From the NCBI GenBank assembly GCA_015068965.1, contig SVJN01000001.1:1-53538 (forward strand): 53,538 nt of DNA. Direction: 5' to 3'. Position numbers and translations under genes: made by a program. Below are positions 37,601 to 46,663 of the stretch, piece by piece; position 1 is the stretch's first letter, and each line of letters opens with the position of its first letter. The stretch comes from Oscillospiraceae bacterium. GTDB lineage: Bacteria; Bacillota; Clostridia; UBA1381. A model generated the notes under the pieces. That model was given only the letters and a program-made list of their open reading frames with translations. It was not told the origin of the DNA and did not search any database.

Positions 37601-38817
37601 TCATCAAGGCAGAAAAAGAAGGAAAGACAGCACTTGTAAAGCTTGTGGTATCAGAGGATGAAGCAGAACTCTTGTCTGAATTGGAAAAACTGGTACCGGA
37701 TGTGAATCAGGATGCAGTTTTAGCGGATTTTGCACTTCCTGACTCGGAAAAGGTTGAGGTTTTATGGATAAGCTCGGATGAAGCTGTTTTAAAAATTGAT
37801 TCTGCTACCGGTGTTGTAAGCAGACCGGGTATTGGGGAACCGGATAAAAAGGTTATATTGACTGCCGTTGCAACACTCGGAGAAAAAACAGCATTGAAAA
37901 ACTTTACCTTGAATATAGCTGCAAAAATCAGCGACCGTTCGGCATTGGAAGCGGTGAAAAAAATACTCACTATACCGACAGTTGTGACAGAAAATATTAC
38001 ACTTTTATCAGAAGCTGGTGATGGTGTAAAAATTTCATGGTCAAGCTCTGATACTAAGGTGATTACGACAGAAGGAAAAGTGACATTGCCGAAAAAAGAT
38101 ACCAGAGTTACATTGACAGCTTTGATTTCAAGAAACGGAGTAAAAGAAACATTGAAATTTAATGTTACAGTCAAGGGAAAAGGCTCGCAAGGGGGAGACT
38201 CCCAAGGCGGAGGCGGCGGAGGAGGCTCCTCTTATCCGGATTCGGGAAGAAAAACCCCGGTGATTGAGGCTGAATTTCCTGCTAATATGCCGGCAAACAG
38301 TTTGATTTTTTCTGATTTGTCAGGCTATGAGTGGGCAGAAAAAGCGATTTTAAAGCTTTATGAAAAGGGGATTGTATCGGGTTATGGTGACGGTCGCTTT
38401 ATGCCGGGCAATACAGTAACCCGTGAGGAATTTGTCAGCATGATGATAAGAACGATGGGGATAGAGGCAAAAGCAGAGGCGTGCTTTGTTGATGTTGACA
38501 AGGACAGTTGGTTTGCAGGCTATGTTGCGGCGGCATCTCATGCAGGATTGGTAGCAGGAATGCCGGACGGACGTTTTGGAGTCGGTGAAAATATTTCAAG
38601 GCAGGATATGGCAGTTATGATAGCAAAGGCTGTCGGGTGCAGTGAACAGGAAACAGAATGCTTCTATGATCATGATGCTATTTCAGAGTATGCACGCACT
38701 TTTGTGTATGCATTAAAATCAGCATCAGTCATTGTCGGAAATGACGGATATTTTTATCCGCGTGAAAACCTGACACGGGCTGAGGCGGCAGTTGTAATTT
38801 CAAGAATTGCAGAATAG
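34669..38817 (+). CDS. Cell-wall-anchored (3x SLH) giant surface protein with a tandemly duplicated Ig-like / LamG-like / Ig-like / 2x small-Ig module
   Basis: 1382 aa. It has a signal peptide and two homologous modules of about 575 aa each (AEDFEGE...MLGCDASSTSQISVGLR versus QNFDSDD...MLTCDAGSTGQMSVGVR). A Gly-rich linker (GSQGGDSQGGGGGGGSS) precedes three C-terminal SLH repeats (GIVSGYGDGRFMPGNTVTREEF; GLVAGMPDGRFGVGENISRQDM; VIVGNDGYFYPRENLTRAEA). Confidence 0.75.
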   Translation: MKKIISVLLSVILCMGHIVLAEDNRIVVLDVHRYNASVGEEISYDLKAYSQNGAEDIEEYEIFCDSEHIQVDENARTIMADAPGLYEITFRSGSDFEKTVMLAVNHIESEAVKGKAVFAEDFEGELPECLAAVSGAVIKEDADGNGYMYVDARGKVLNSPLFGGNLTDFVFEADVQMLGCDASSTSQISVGLRAQENLSAYRFANHEVVKYPGSGHTAGTGNVLKNAFSMSRSGSNVLLGTWYYDFVRDGFLDMYDSTTRGHKKPYHWEIGIVGEEITAKVSDIQTGQAVAEFVSATADMDNSAAPLTSGAVSLSFHSMAVRYDNISIRPVVSVDAIELAVDKERITGKDGDNTVTYSVSISEDGINQPSDEMVTVTCEGGQVDAEEGIVTFTMPGEYYIVAECGSKTAVSKVTVSPEYELIENVDITIPEMVYADFVLPTPEGFEVIYASSHPDVVRIDGNTAVVTRPTGENPDVEVVLTALLFKGDAVAVKQYNVTVKKQMSEQEAIEHAIASIQIPAETTENITLPSEFPDGVTCEWETSDSTLVSIAGHVVRGEIDKRVKLTAKFSSENSEKTVIYYVMVKGTTGRTSVTVIAQTEKLCYEVGEVVPVRIRIFDNLGEVTAVGAVSMESDSPQLIIDEDNRAVSSEVEGAYTFLVNVPAYGFEKELSIAFQNKNIPAATDIQEVYSQNFDSDDYDEAFKNDARITVADGKLKMTGRSNNYQTPPFGPRDSDGNLIPLYEYIFEADMKMLTCDAGSTGQMSVGVRYSEEEDASYRVAHHERMNYDAGEGGVNTQNAEAKAQMLSHAYGKSSAAASWYIPHISKSPSTMFSGRGYNQEYRWRVTVTKNALVTEISDIATGEILQKMATPLADLYIKKNGVKLGALGAGTTVLGAWSTDLTVDNIKISTISAFDALEIVPDKEVTDAVNEEIGIRVYSVVGEEKTLLDMDEVSLSCSNPALTVTETGVIPTAEGEYIIKAEKEGKTALVKLVVSEDEAELLSELEKLVPDVNQDAVLADFALPDSEKVEVLWISSDEAVLKIDSATGVVSRPGIGEPDKKVILTAVATLGEKTALKNFTLNIAAKISDRSALEAVKKILTIPTVVTENITLLSEAGDGVKISWSSSDTKVITTEGKVTLPKKDTRVTLTALISRNGVKETLKFNVTVKGKGSQGGDSQGGGGGGGSSYPDSGRKTPVIEAEFPANMPANSLIFSDLSGYEWAEKAILKLYEKGIVSGYGDGRFMPGNTVTREEFVSMMIRTMGIEAKAEACFVDVDKDSWFAGYVAAASHAGLVAGMPDGRFGVGENISRQDMAVMIAKAVGCSEQETECFYDHDAISEYARTFVYALKSASVIVGNDGYFYPRENLTRAEAAVVISRIAE

Positions 38818-38841
38818 CTGTAAATTTCAGGAGAAAGAGAT

Positions 38842-41109
38842 ATGAGAATCAGAAAAACAACAACACTATGGATTATTTCATACATATTAGTATTGGTTCT
38901 GCCGATTGTGATTAGCTTTGTCACCTATATATCGGTAGAACGTATGATGCTGTCTCAGGTAACACGTAATAACCGTTATATCGTTGAAGGAAAGATGCAG
39001 AGTATCGACTCTCTGATATCAGATATCAATGAAGTCTCTTCCTCCTGTGTAAATGATGACGAGCTGAGTGAGTTTACAGGGTATCGATTGCCGTTATCTC
39101 CCTTGCAGAGGTATGACGTTTTTAAATTTACAAATAAATGGCAAACAATCAGCAGAGCCTCCAGAATTGATTCGGTCTATGCCTATTTTCCGGAGTCGGG
39201 ATTGATCATCAGCACAATGGGGGTAAATACCTGTGAACTGTTTTATTTATCCCACTTCGGAACAAAGGAAGGGTTCCGGGAATGGTATGATTATATAACG
39301 GACAGCAGTAATGTGGGTTTTAAAACGCTTTCGCAAGGCAATCAAAAAAATCTTTTCTATGTCTGCCGTACCATTGGAGGTTTTGACATTTCCGATAATA
39401 ATCCCATATTGATTGCCGAGGTGGAAATTCGTAAATTATTAGAGGCACTTACCGATGATGATGGAAGCTTCTTTGTGTTTGATGATAATAATAACCTTGT
39501 TGTAAGCACAGGGACGGCTGAGGCGTTGGAGGCAATTGCCAATATTGACTGGTCAAACTGTGCGGAATATTTCAATATCAGGGCGGGGGATGAAAATCTT
39601 GTGGTATCCTCTGTGAAATCTGCTCAGAGCCAATGGAGATATGTTTATGCTGTGAACAGAAGCAGGTATATGAGGAGTATCATCGGGGCAAGAACAATCA
39701 ACTATATTGGTATTGGTTTGTCGGTGCTTTTGGGAATCATTCTGATTAAAATATCTGTTAAAAGGAATCACAAACCACTGGAGCAGTTGGTAGAACGGCT
39801 CAGAAAGGGAAGTGGAAGAGTCCATGATGAACCGGATGACTATAGATATCTTGACCGACTTATCAATAATGTGATTACGCAAAGAGATGAAATTCAGGAT
39901 ATTGTTTCTTTGCAACAAAAAGCCCTAAGAGACAGTGTTCTCTCGAAGCTGTTGAAGGGCTACGATAGAGAAAAGGATATTCAGATTTTGTTAGATTCGT
40001 TCTCTATTTCTCTTCCATATGAGAAGTTTGTCGCAGGTGTCATTTATGTGGAAGATTTTTCGGAAATATTCTTTGAAAAGGGCGGAGATGAGGAAGAAAA
40101 CCTGAAGAAGGCACAATTTATCATTAGTAATGTGCTGGAAGAACTTCTCAATCAATATTTTATAGCTTATGTTTTCAAATGTGATGATTTGTTATGTTTT
40201 ATCATGAATTGTGACAGCTTTCATGCAATTGTTGAGGAACAGTTGGCAGGATGTATCAGGGAAACACATGCTTTTGCAAAAAACAATTTTAATTTCAGCT
40301 TTATCAGTGCGGTATCAGACTGTGTGTGCGGTATGGAAAATATTAGTGTGGCATACACGCAAGCACTTGAGGTACTTGAGTATAAGTTTGTATTGGATGA
40401 CGAAGTGCTGTTGACACCACATGAAGTGGAGAAGAACAGTACCGGTAGTTATTATTATCCGATTCAAAAGGAGCAGAGTATTTTAAATGCGGTAAAAAGC
40501 GGTGACTACGAAGCGGCACTCAAGGTACTGGATGAGGTGATTGACCGTAATTTCCGTGACAACCATATGTCAGGTCAGTTGGCAAGATGCTTTATTTTTG
40601 ATATCTTGTGCACCATTATTAAATCCGTTGATGAAATCAGCTCAGAAACGGATGCGATTTATCTTGAAAATCTCAACTTGTACTCACGGATTACAGAATG
40701 TACATCAGTTGCCGCAATGAGAGAAGAACTGATTGCGGTCGTCAAAGAAATCTGTAACACAATCAGTAAAAATGGCAAAAAACGCCATTCACTAATAGAA
40801 AGAGTGATGGCTTATGTTCAGGATAATTTTAATGATAAAAGTCTGAGTGTGGCAAGCATTGCCGAGCAATGCGGCACAACACCGAACTATTTATCTCTGA
40901 TTTTTAAGCAGAATACCGGAAAAGGATTACTTGATTACATTTCCGGCTATCGGGTTGAAAAAGCGAAGGAGCTTTTCATGGCAGAGCGAAATATGAGCAT
41001 TGAAGAGGTGGCGGAGGCAGTTGGATATTCGAATGTTCGGACATTTATCAGAGTGTTTAGTAAATATGAGAATGTTACGCCTGCAAAATACCGTCAGAAT
41101 ATTATATAA
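38842..41109 (+). CDS. Membrane-anchored one-component AraC-family regulator (2 TM segments flanking an extracytoplasmic sensor region, C-terminal HTH)
   Basis: 755 aa. TM1 is LWIISYILVLVLPIVISFVTYI and TM2 is INYIGIGLSVLLGIILIKI. The C-terminus carries an AraC HTH (SIAEQCGTTPNYLSLIFKQNTG...VGYSNVRTFIRVFSKYENVTPAKYR). Confidence 0.85.
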   Translation: MRIRKTTTLWIISYILVLVLPIVISFVTYISVERMMLSQVTRNNRYIVEGKMQSIDSLISDINEVSSSCVNDDELSEFTGYRLPLSPLQRYDVFKFTNKWQTISRASRIDSVYAYFPESGLIISTMGVNTCELFYLSHFGTKEGFREWYDYITDSSNVGFKTLSQGNQKNLFYVCRTIGGFDISDNNPILIAEVEIRKLLEALTDDDGSFFVFDDNNNLVVSTGTAEALEAIANIDWSNCAEYFNIRAGDENLVVSSVKSAQSQWRYVYAVNRSRYMRSIIGARTINYIGIGLSVLLGIILIKISVKRNHKPLEQLVERLRKGSGRVHDEPDDYRYLDRLINNVITQRDEIQDIVSLQQKALRDSVLSKLLKGYDREKDIQILLDSFSISLPYEKFVAGVIYVEDFSEIFFEKGGDEEENLKKAQFIISNVLEELLNQYFIAYVFKCDDLLCFIMNCDSFHAIVEEQLAGCIRETHAFAKNNFNFSFISAVSDCVCGMENISVAYTQALEVLEYKFVLDDEVLLTPHEVEKNSTGSYYYPIQKEQSILNAVKSGDYEAALKVLDEVIDRNFRDNHMSGQLARCFIFDILCTIIKSVDEISSETDAIYLENLNLYSRITECTSVAAMREELIAVVKEICNTISKNGKKRHSLIERVMAYVQDNFNDKSLSVASIAEQCGTTPNYLSLIFKQNTGKGLLDYISGYRVEKAKELFMAERNMSIEEVAEAVGYSNVRTFIRVFSKYENVTPAKYRQNII

Positions 41110-41124
41110 AGAAGAGGAAAGACA

Positions 41125-43035
41125 TTGAAAAAACTGATATATAAGATTACCGGGAATATGATAAAAACACGTCCGCAAAAGGATGTGGTGCTAAGACCGT
41201 ATTTGAAAAACAATGCGGTGTCAAGACGTGTTCTTGCGAGTGTGGATGTAGACCTTACCAAGATGTATCCGCAAGCTGAGACGGGAGATGTTGTACATCT
41301 GAAAACCGTCCTCATTGTTCCGTTTGAAAATGATGCGATGCTTGGTTTTTGGGGAAATGCAGAGGCGTTTCTTGACGGAAAAAAGCTCGAAAGAGACTGT
41401 GATGGTTATACGCAAATCAGACTAAAGGGCGGGGAAGAACTGATTTTTCGATGCAGAAAGGAACAAAATGGTTTTGGTGTGCGGTTTACATTGTCCACCG
41501 TACATTACAGAGGAATGTGGGCAAGTGACTATTTGTATTGGATACGATACACTTTGTCGGGAGAATATGCAGGAGAAGAGGGTGTCGCAATCACAGATAT
41601 CAACAGTGAGGAATATATTTTCCCACCCAAAACACTTCCTGATATTCATGAACTTAACCTAAAAAACATATTGCATGATGAATCCGGGGATTATGTATTT
41701 GCACTTACTTATGCGGTTGCGGATACCTGCTACACGGGAGAGGGAGAGGCATTTGTCAATCAAGAGCCTTATACCGGTGGAATCATAAAAGCCGGAAGCA
41801 GTCTGATGGTGCGGGTAAAAAGAGAAAACGGTGAAAAAATTAGTACAGGAAATGATGAGCATTTTGCAGTTCCTTTTCTGGAATCTGAACGCAGATATGG
41901 CCTGCGGTGGCTTCTTTTAGGACCTTGTTCCTCTGATAGATTGCCGGAAATTCAGTTTCAAAAGCCATACGAAAATAGGTTCTGGCGTCTTGCTGACGGC
42001 TCATATATTCGTCCGTATCTGGATACTTCTTTTTACGGTAAGTGGTTCTATGCTTTGATGGTAGGACAATATGGGATTTTAAAATCATCTGTAATCATCC
42101 CTGAACTCAAACAGTATTATATCGACGGGATGCGTATTCTTGCTGATTATTTTGAGCTGATGCAGTATGAATATCAACTGTTCGGTGCACCGTCCTTTTT
42201 GGAAAGAAGTACACATCTTTACGAACTTGATCCAATCGGTACGGTAGGGATGAATCTCTGTGATCTTTATGCGATTGCGCCCTCTGAGAATATCATGAAG
42301 GTGATAAGAACACTTGAAAATGCTATGGACAGAAATATTGAGCGATTTGAGGATGGCACGTTTCACCGAGCAGATACGATGTGGTCAGACGATACGTTTA
42401 TGAGCCTGCCGTTTATGGCAAGACTTGGGAAACTTACGTCAATTGATAAATACTTCGATGAATGTGTCGTTCAGGTAAGGGGATTTTATGACAGACTGTA
42501 TATGCCCGATAAAAAGTTGTTTTCACATATATACTTTTTGAAGGATGAAAAACCGAATCGTGTGCCGTGGGGGAGAGGAAACGGTTGGGTGTTTCTGGCA
42601 TTGAGTGAGGTGCTGGAAAGAATCCCGGAAGACCATACCGGGCGGTGTGAATTGATAAAAATATTCAGAGAGTTTGCAGAGGGCATCCGTGAAGTGCAGG
42701 ATAAAACCGGAATGTGGCATCAGGTGCTTGATATGCCGGAAACATATCAGGAAACTTCATGTACCGGAATGTTTGCACTGGGTATGATTCGGGGCGTGAA
42801 ACATGGTTGGATTAATCAAAGTTATATCGAGAATATACATCTTGCTGTCAATGCAATTATAAAATATGCACTTGACAGTGAAGGGAATGTTTTGGGGGTA
42901 TGCAAAGGATCAGGCTGTAGCTATGAACCGAAATATTATGCACAACTCCAAACGGTCGCCAACGATGATCATGGTACCGGAATTATTTTGGCTTTGTTGT
43001 CAGAGTATGAAGAATTGGGCAATCATTTGTCCTGA
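41125..43035 (+). CDS. GH105/GH88-type unsaturated (rhamno)galacturonyl/glucuronyl hydrolase with an N-terminal extension of about 270 aa
   Basis: 636 aa with a TTG start 4 nt after an AGAGGAAAG RBS. The C-terminal (alpha/alpha)6-type module carries ADTMWSDDTFMSLPFMARLG, VPWGRGNGWVFLAL, MWHQVLD, ETSCTGMF and DDHGTG. Confidence 0.8.
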   Translation: MKKLIYKITGNMIKTRPQKDVVLRPYLKNNAVSRRVLASVDVDLTKMYPQAETGDVVHLKTVLIVPFENDAMLGFWGNAEAFLDGKKLERDCDGYTQIRLKGGEELIFRCRKEQNGFGVRFTLSTVHYRGMWASDYLYWIRYTLSGEYAGEEGVAITDINSEEYIFPPKTLPDIHELNLKNILHDESGDYVFALTYAVADTCYTGEGEAFVNQEPYTGGIIKAGSSLMVRVKRENGEKISTGNDEHFAVPFLESERRYGLRWLLLGPCSSDRLPEIQFQKPYENRFWRLADGSYIRPYLDTSFYGKWFYALMVGQYGILKSSVIIPELKQYYIDGMRILADYFELMQYEYQLFGAPSFLERSTHLYELDPIGTVGMNLCDLYAIAPSENIMKVIRTLENAMDRNIERFEDGTFHRADTMWSDDTFMSLPFMARLGKLTSIDKYFDECVVQVRGFYDRLYMPDKKLFSHIYFLKDEKPNRVPWGRGNGWVFLALSEVLERIPEDHTGRCELIKIFREFAEGIREVQDKTGMWHQVLDMPETYQETSCTGMFALGMIRGVKHGWINQSYIENIHLAVNAIIKYALDSEGNVLGVCKGSGCSYEPKYYAQLQTVANDDHGTGIILALLSEYEELGNHLS

Positions 43036-43073
43036 CGAGGATTTTCTATAATGAAGGAAAGGTGGTAATTTTT

Positions 43074-44186
43074 ATGAAAAAGAAATATGATGTTGCAGCA
43101 TATGTGTGGCCGGCATATACGGGTGATGAACCGAGAACCAGAATATTCTGGCCGGAGGGATATGGTGAATGGGAAACTGTAAAAGAGGCAACTGCTCGCT
43201 ACGACGGTCATTTGTGGCCAAGGAAACCGTTGTGGGGATATGTGAATGAGGCTGATCCGTATGTGATGGAAATGCAGATTGAAGCGGCAGTAGAACATGG
43301 CGTTAATGTGTTTATCTATGACTGGTATTGGTATGATAACCGTCCGTTTTTGGAACAATGTTTGAATAATGGATTCTTAAAAGCGAAGAACCATTCCAAA
43401 ATGAAGTTCTATATCATGTGGGCAAATCATGATGTCTCTTATGGATGGGACAGAAGAATTTCCGAAATTGATGAAGAAACCCATATCTGGAAAGGGGCAG
43501 TTTCAAAAGAACAGTTCCATATCATTGCAAAACGGTGGTTTCAACAGTATTTCTGCCTGCCGGAATACTATCTGATTGATAATAAGCCGGTTTTGAGTAT
43601 CTATGATTTGCAGAATCTGATTGACGGTCTTGGTGGAATTGACGATGCGGCGGAGGAAATGCGTTGGTTGGATGAAGAAGCAAAAAGACATGGATTTGCA
43701 GGGATTCATTATCAGCTTGTCAAATACGGAACTGTTTCGGTCAATCGTTCAGGCTTTGACCGGGATGGGCAGACCTATAAGCCGGAGGAACTGATGGATA
43801 TGCTTCCATTTTCATCCTTAACCCATTACCAGTATGTCCATTTTACTGATATGAACAGAAAATACAGCGAGATTATGCAGGACGTAGAAAAAGAGTGGCA
43901 AGAAATTGAAAAGAATTTTTCCATTCCATTCTGTCCGCACGTTTCTATCGGTTGGGATAATACACCGAGATACCGTTCGCATATTGATAATGTGGTCAAA
44001 GAAAATCCGCCGGAGGAATTTAAAAAAGCACTCATTAAGGCGAAGGAATTAGCTGACAAAAACGGACAGAAGCTGATTACAATCAATAGCTGGAATGAAT
44101 GGACAGAAACGAGTTACCTTCAGCCTGATGACCTTTATGGTTATGGATATCTGGAGGCAGTAAAGCAAGTGTTTTGTGAGGAATAA
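43074..44186 (+). CDS. WbsX / GH99-like domain protein
   Basis: The N-terminus (YDVAAYVWPAYTGDEPRTRIFWPEGYGEWETVKEA) and NSWNEWTETSYLQPD resemble the WbsX/GH99-like family. The ATG at 43074 follows an AAGGTGG RBS. Confidence 0.6.
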   Translation: MKKKYDVAAYVWPAYTGDEPRTRIFWPEGYGEWETVKEATARYDGHLWPRKPLWGYVNEADPYVMEMQIEAAVEHGVNVFIYDWYWYDNRPFLEQCLNNGFLKAKNHSKMKFYIMWANHDVSYGWDRRISEIDEETHIWKGAVSKEQFHIIAKRWFQQYFCLPEYYLIDNKPVLSIYDLQNLIDGLGGIDDAAEEMRWLDEEAKRHGFAGIHYQLVKYGTVSVNRSGFDRDGQTYKPEELMDMLPFSSLTHYQYVHFTDMNRKYSEIMQDVEKEWQEIEKNFSIPFCPHVSIGWDNTPRYRSHIDNVVKENPPEEFKKALIKAKELADKNGQKLITINSWNEWTETSYLQPDDLYGYGYLEAVKQVFCEE

Positions 44187-44286
44187 CAAGCAAGAGAAAA
44201 ATGCTTTTATGTCATTTTGATTGTGTGCAGGATATTGTTATATCATTGATTGAGATTCGATAGAGGGTAAGAAAAGGAGTTTTCAG

Positions 44287-46191
44287 ATGAAGGAATTGTT
44301 TGATAACAATTTTGATAAAAAAATAAAATATGAGGGTTTTGTTGATGATGCGTTCAAATTTGCTGAAAATTCGCAACTGCTTTCTAAAGAACTGTGGCGT
44401 AGATTTGTTGAGCAGTTTCGCGAGGATGCAGACTACGATGCAGGCTGGAGAGGCGAATACTGGGGAAAAATGATGAGAGGCGCAAGTCTCGTTTATCAAT
44501 ATACCAAGAATCCGGAATTGTACTCAGTGCTGAAAGAGACTATCATAGATATGATGGAAAGCAAAGATGAAGAAGGCAGAATCAGTTCATACGGAAAAAA
44601 TCACGAGTTTGACGGCTGGGATATGTGGTGTAGAAAATATGTTATCTTAGGGATGGAGTATTTTCTTGAAATATGCCAAGAAGATGATTTCAAAGCGGAA
44701 GTGATGAAATCAATGTGTGAACAGGCTGATTATATTATCAGTAAAATTGGATGCGAAGAGGATAAAATAGATATTACCTCAGCAACAAGACATTGGAGAG
44801 GGCTTAATTCATCCTCGATTCTTGAACCGATGATTCGTCTTTACAATCTTACAGGGGAACAGAAGTATTTTGAATTTGCAAAATATATTGTTGACTGTGG
44901 CGGTACTGACGTCGTAAATATATTCGAACTTGCATATGAAAACAAACTATATCCATATCAGTATCCGGTAACCAAAGCATATGAAATGACTTCGTGCTTT
45001 GAGGGGTTGTTGGAATATTATAAAATAACCGGTGAAGAGCGGTATAAAACGGCTATTATAAATTTTGCAGACAAAATTCTGGAAAGTGACTTCACAGTAA
45101 TAGGATGTTGCGGATGCACACATGAGCTGTTTGACCATTCCACAGTACGTCAGGCAAACACGACCAATGGCGAAACAATGCAGGAGACTTGTGTGACGGT
45201 AACATTGATGAAGTTTTTGTATCGTGTACATTTGCTTACCGGTGATTCCAAATATGTAGATGCATTTGAAATTTCTTTCTATAATGCTTATTTGGGTTCT
45301 TTGAATACAGAACAGATTATTGAACCGATGATAAAGAAAATGCATCCTGATTGGATTGCGGAGCCGTTGCCATTTGACAGTTACAGCCCACTTACCGCAG
45401 GTACAAGAGGTAACGGAATCGGTGGTTTAAAAGTAATGTCGGATAATCATTATTATGGATGCTGTGCATGTATCGGATCAGCAGGTATAGGAAATATTCC
45501 TCAAATACAAATCCTGAAACAAGAAAATGCATTTGTGTTAAATATGTTCATAAACGGAACAGCCTCTGTAATTTCTCCGATGGGAAAACATATTTGCTTT
45601 AAAATTGAAACAAAGTATCCGGAAAGTGGAATGGTAAAAGTTCTCCTTGATATGGAGGAAGAAGAGAATTTTGTGCTTTTGATCAGAAACCCGTATTGGA
45701 GCAAAACCACTAAGGTGGCAGTAAACGGAACAGAAGTGCAGACTTGCGATGGCTACATAAAAATTTCTAAGGTGTGGCAAAATAGCGATTGTATTATGAT
45801 AGAATTTGATATGAGAACTGAGGTTATTTATCCTATTCCCTATGGTAATCAGGTGCTTATGAATAAGGTTATATGGGGACATAATTATATGATTCCGACA
45901 TATGATGAGGAAGATCCGATTGCAAAAAATCATATTGCATTAAGACGTGGACCTACCATGCTTGCGCAGGAAAACAGACTTGGATATAGTGTAGACGATG
46001 CGGTTGAGATAAAAGTCAATCATGGATATGTTGATGCAGCAATTACAGAAAAGGATATCCCTTATCCGTGTATTGTGAAAGCAGAAGTTCCATTGGCTGA
46101 CGGAAGCTATATGAAAGTAACCGATTATGCTTCTGCAGGAAAACTGTGGAACGAAAAGAGTAAAATGGCAGTCTGGATGTTGGTAAAATAA
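44287..46191 (+). CDS. GH127-like (DUF1680, beta-L-arabinofuranosidase family) protein
   Basis: 634 aa. MQETCVTV (an ETC motif) and Cys clusters IGCCGCTHE and YYGCCACIGSAG are reminiscent of the Cys/Zn site of GH127/GH146. Confidence 0.7.
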   Translation: MKELFDNNFDKKIKYEGFVDDAFKFAENSQLLSKELWRRFVEQFREDADYDAGWRGEYWGKMMRGASLVYQYTKNPELYSVLKETIIDMMESKDEEGRISSYGKNHEFDGWDMWCRKYVILGMEYFLEICQEDDFKAEVMKSMCEQADYIISKIGCEEDKIDITSATRHWRGLNSSSILEPMIRLYNLTGEQKYFEFAKYIVDCGGTDVVNIFELAYENKLYPYQYPVTKAYEMTSCFEGLLEYYKITGEERYKTAIINFADKILESDFTVIGCCGCTHELFDHSTVRQANTTNGETMQETCVTVTLMKFLYRVHLLTGDSKYVDAFEISFYNAYLGSLNTEQIIEPMIKKMHPDWIAEPLPFDSYSPLTAGTRGNGIGGLKVMSDNHYYGCCACIGSAGIGNIPQIQILKQENAFVLNMFINGTASVISPMGKHICFKIETKYPESGMVKVLLDMEEEENFVLLIRNPYWSKTTKVAVNGTEVQTCDGYIKISKVWQNSDCIMIEFDMRTEVIYPIPYGNQVLMNKVIWGHNYMIPTYDEEDPIAKNHIALRRGPTMLAQENRLGYSVDDAVEIKVNHGYVDAAITEKDIPYPCIVKAEVPLADGSYMKVTDYASAGKLWNEKSKMAVWMLVK

Positions 46192-46312
46192 AGGACTTGT
46201 AGTTGTTTGTAGAGTTTTTTTGAACATGTGTACATATTCCCGGATGAACCGGTTCGTAGAAAAAAAGCGAAAGGAGCAATGATATAAATTTTGAAAATCA
46301 AAGGTTTCAGAC

Positions 46313-46357
46313 ACGAGGAGTGGGTGAAGAAGTACACCCGCTCCTCGTTCTGTTTTT
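46313..46357 (+). terminator. Rho-independent terminator closing the first carbohydrate cluster
   Basis: ACGAGGAGTGGGTG-AAGAAGTA-CACCCGCTCCTCGT is a 14-bp stem with one G-T pair, followed by TCTGTTTTT. The T-run runs into the repeat B dyad. Confidence 0.7.
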
Positions 46358-46500
46358 ACTTTATAGGAAACTTCGTTCCTATAAAGTAAAAAGAATTGAA
46401 TGCCCGTGCGAAATTTTCCGCTAATAGCTGAAACGCACATGGACAGCCCGAAAGCGTTATGCTACACCGTCGCGAAGAGTACGGCGTAGCCGCTTTCTGT
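46353..46500 (+). repeat. Structured intergenic repeat, copy B (5' ~95 nt conserved, 3' part shortened and diverged)
   Basis: The dyad is TTTTTACTTTATAGGAA-ACTTCG-TTCCTATAAAGTAAAAA (46353-46392). It is then near-identical to copies A and C up to about 46445. The 3' part keeps a short AAGCG-TTA-TGCT hairpin and a CCGT/ACGG stem in place of the longer stem seen in A and C. Confidence 0.8.
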
Positions 46501-46663
46501 ATAAAAAGATTGGAAATAATATTGGATTTATGTGTCAAAAAAAATATTTATTGACAGAATATCATAGCTTTGGTGGGTTTTAAAGCATCCTTTTTTATGT
46601 TATGATAAAAATGTAAATCTTATAGAGAATTTAAGATTGTGACAAGAAGAAAGAAGGGGTTTT

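Noticed and set aside
38174-38245. Gly-codon run (GGCGGAGGCGGCGGAGGAGGC) as a phase-variable simple-sequence repeat
   Set aside because: The codon usage is mixed, so it is not a perfect homopolymer or a perfect short tandem repeat. It encodes a flexible Gly/Ser/Gln linker between the domain array and the SLH anchors.
45940-46440. Minus-strand ORFs across the repeats (also 18049-18356 and 49934-50257) that share peptide strings such as CAFPLLAENFARAFNSF and MCVSAISGKFRTGIQFFLLYRN
   Set aside because: The peptide similarity follows from nucleotide repetition. The reading frames have different lengths and ends in each copy, and the substitutions between copies are compensatory for base pairing rather than synonymous.
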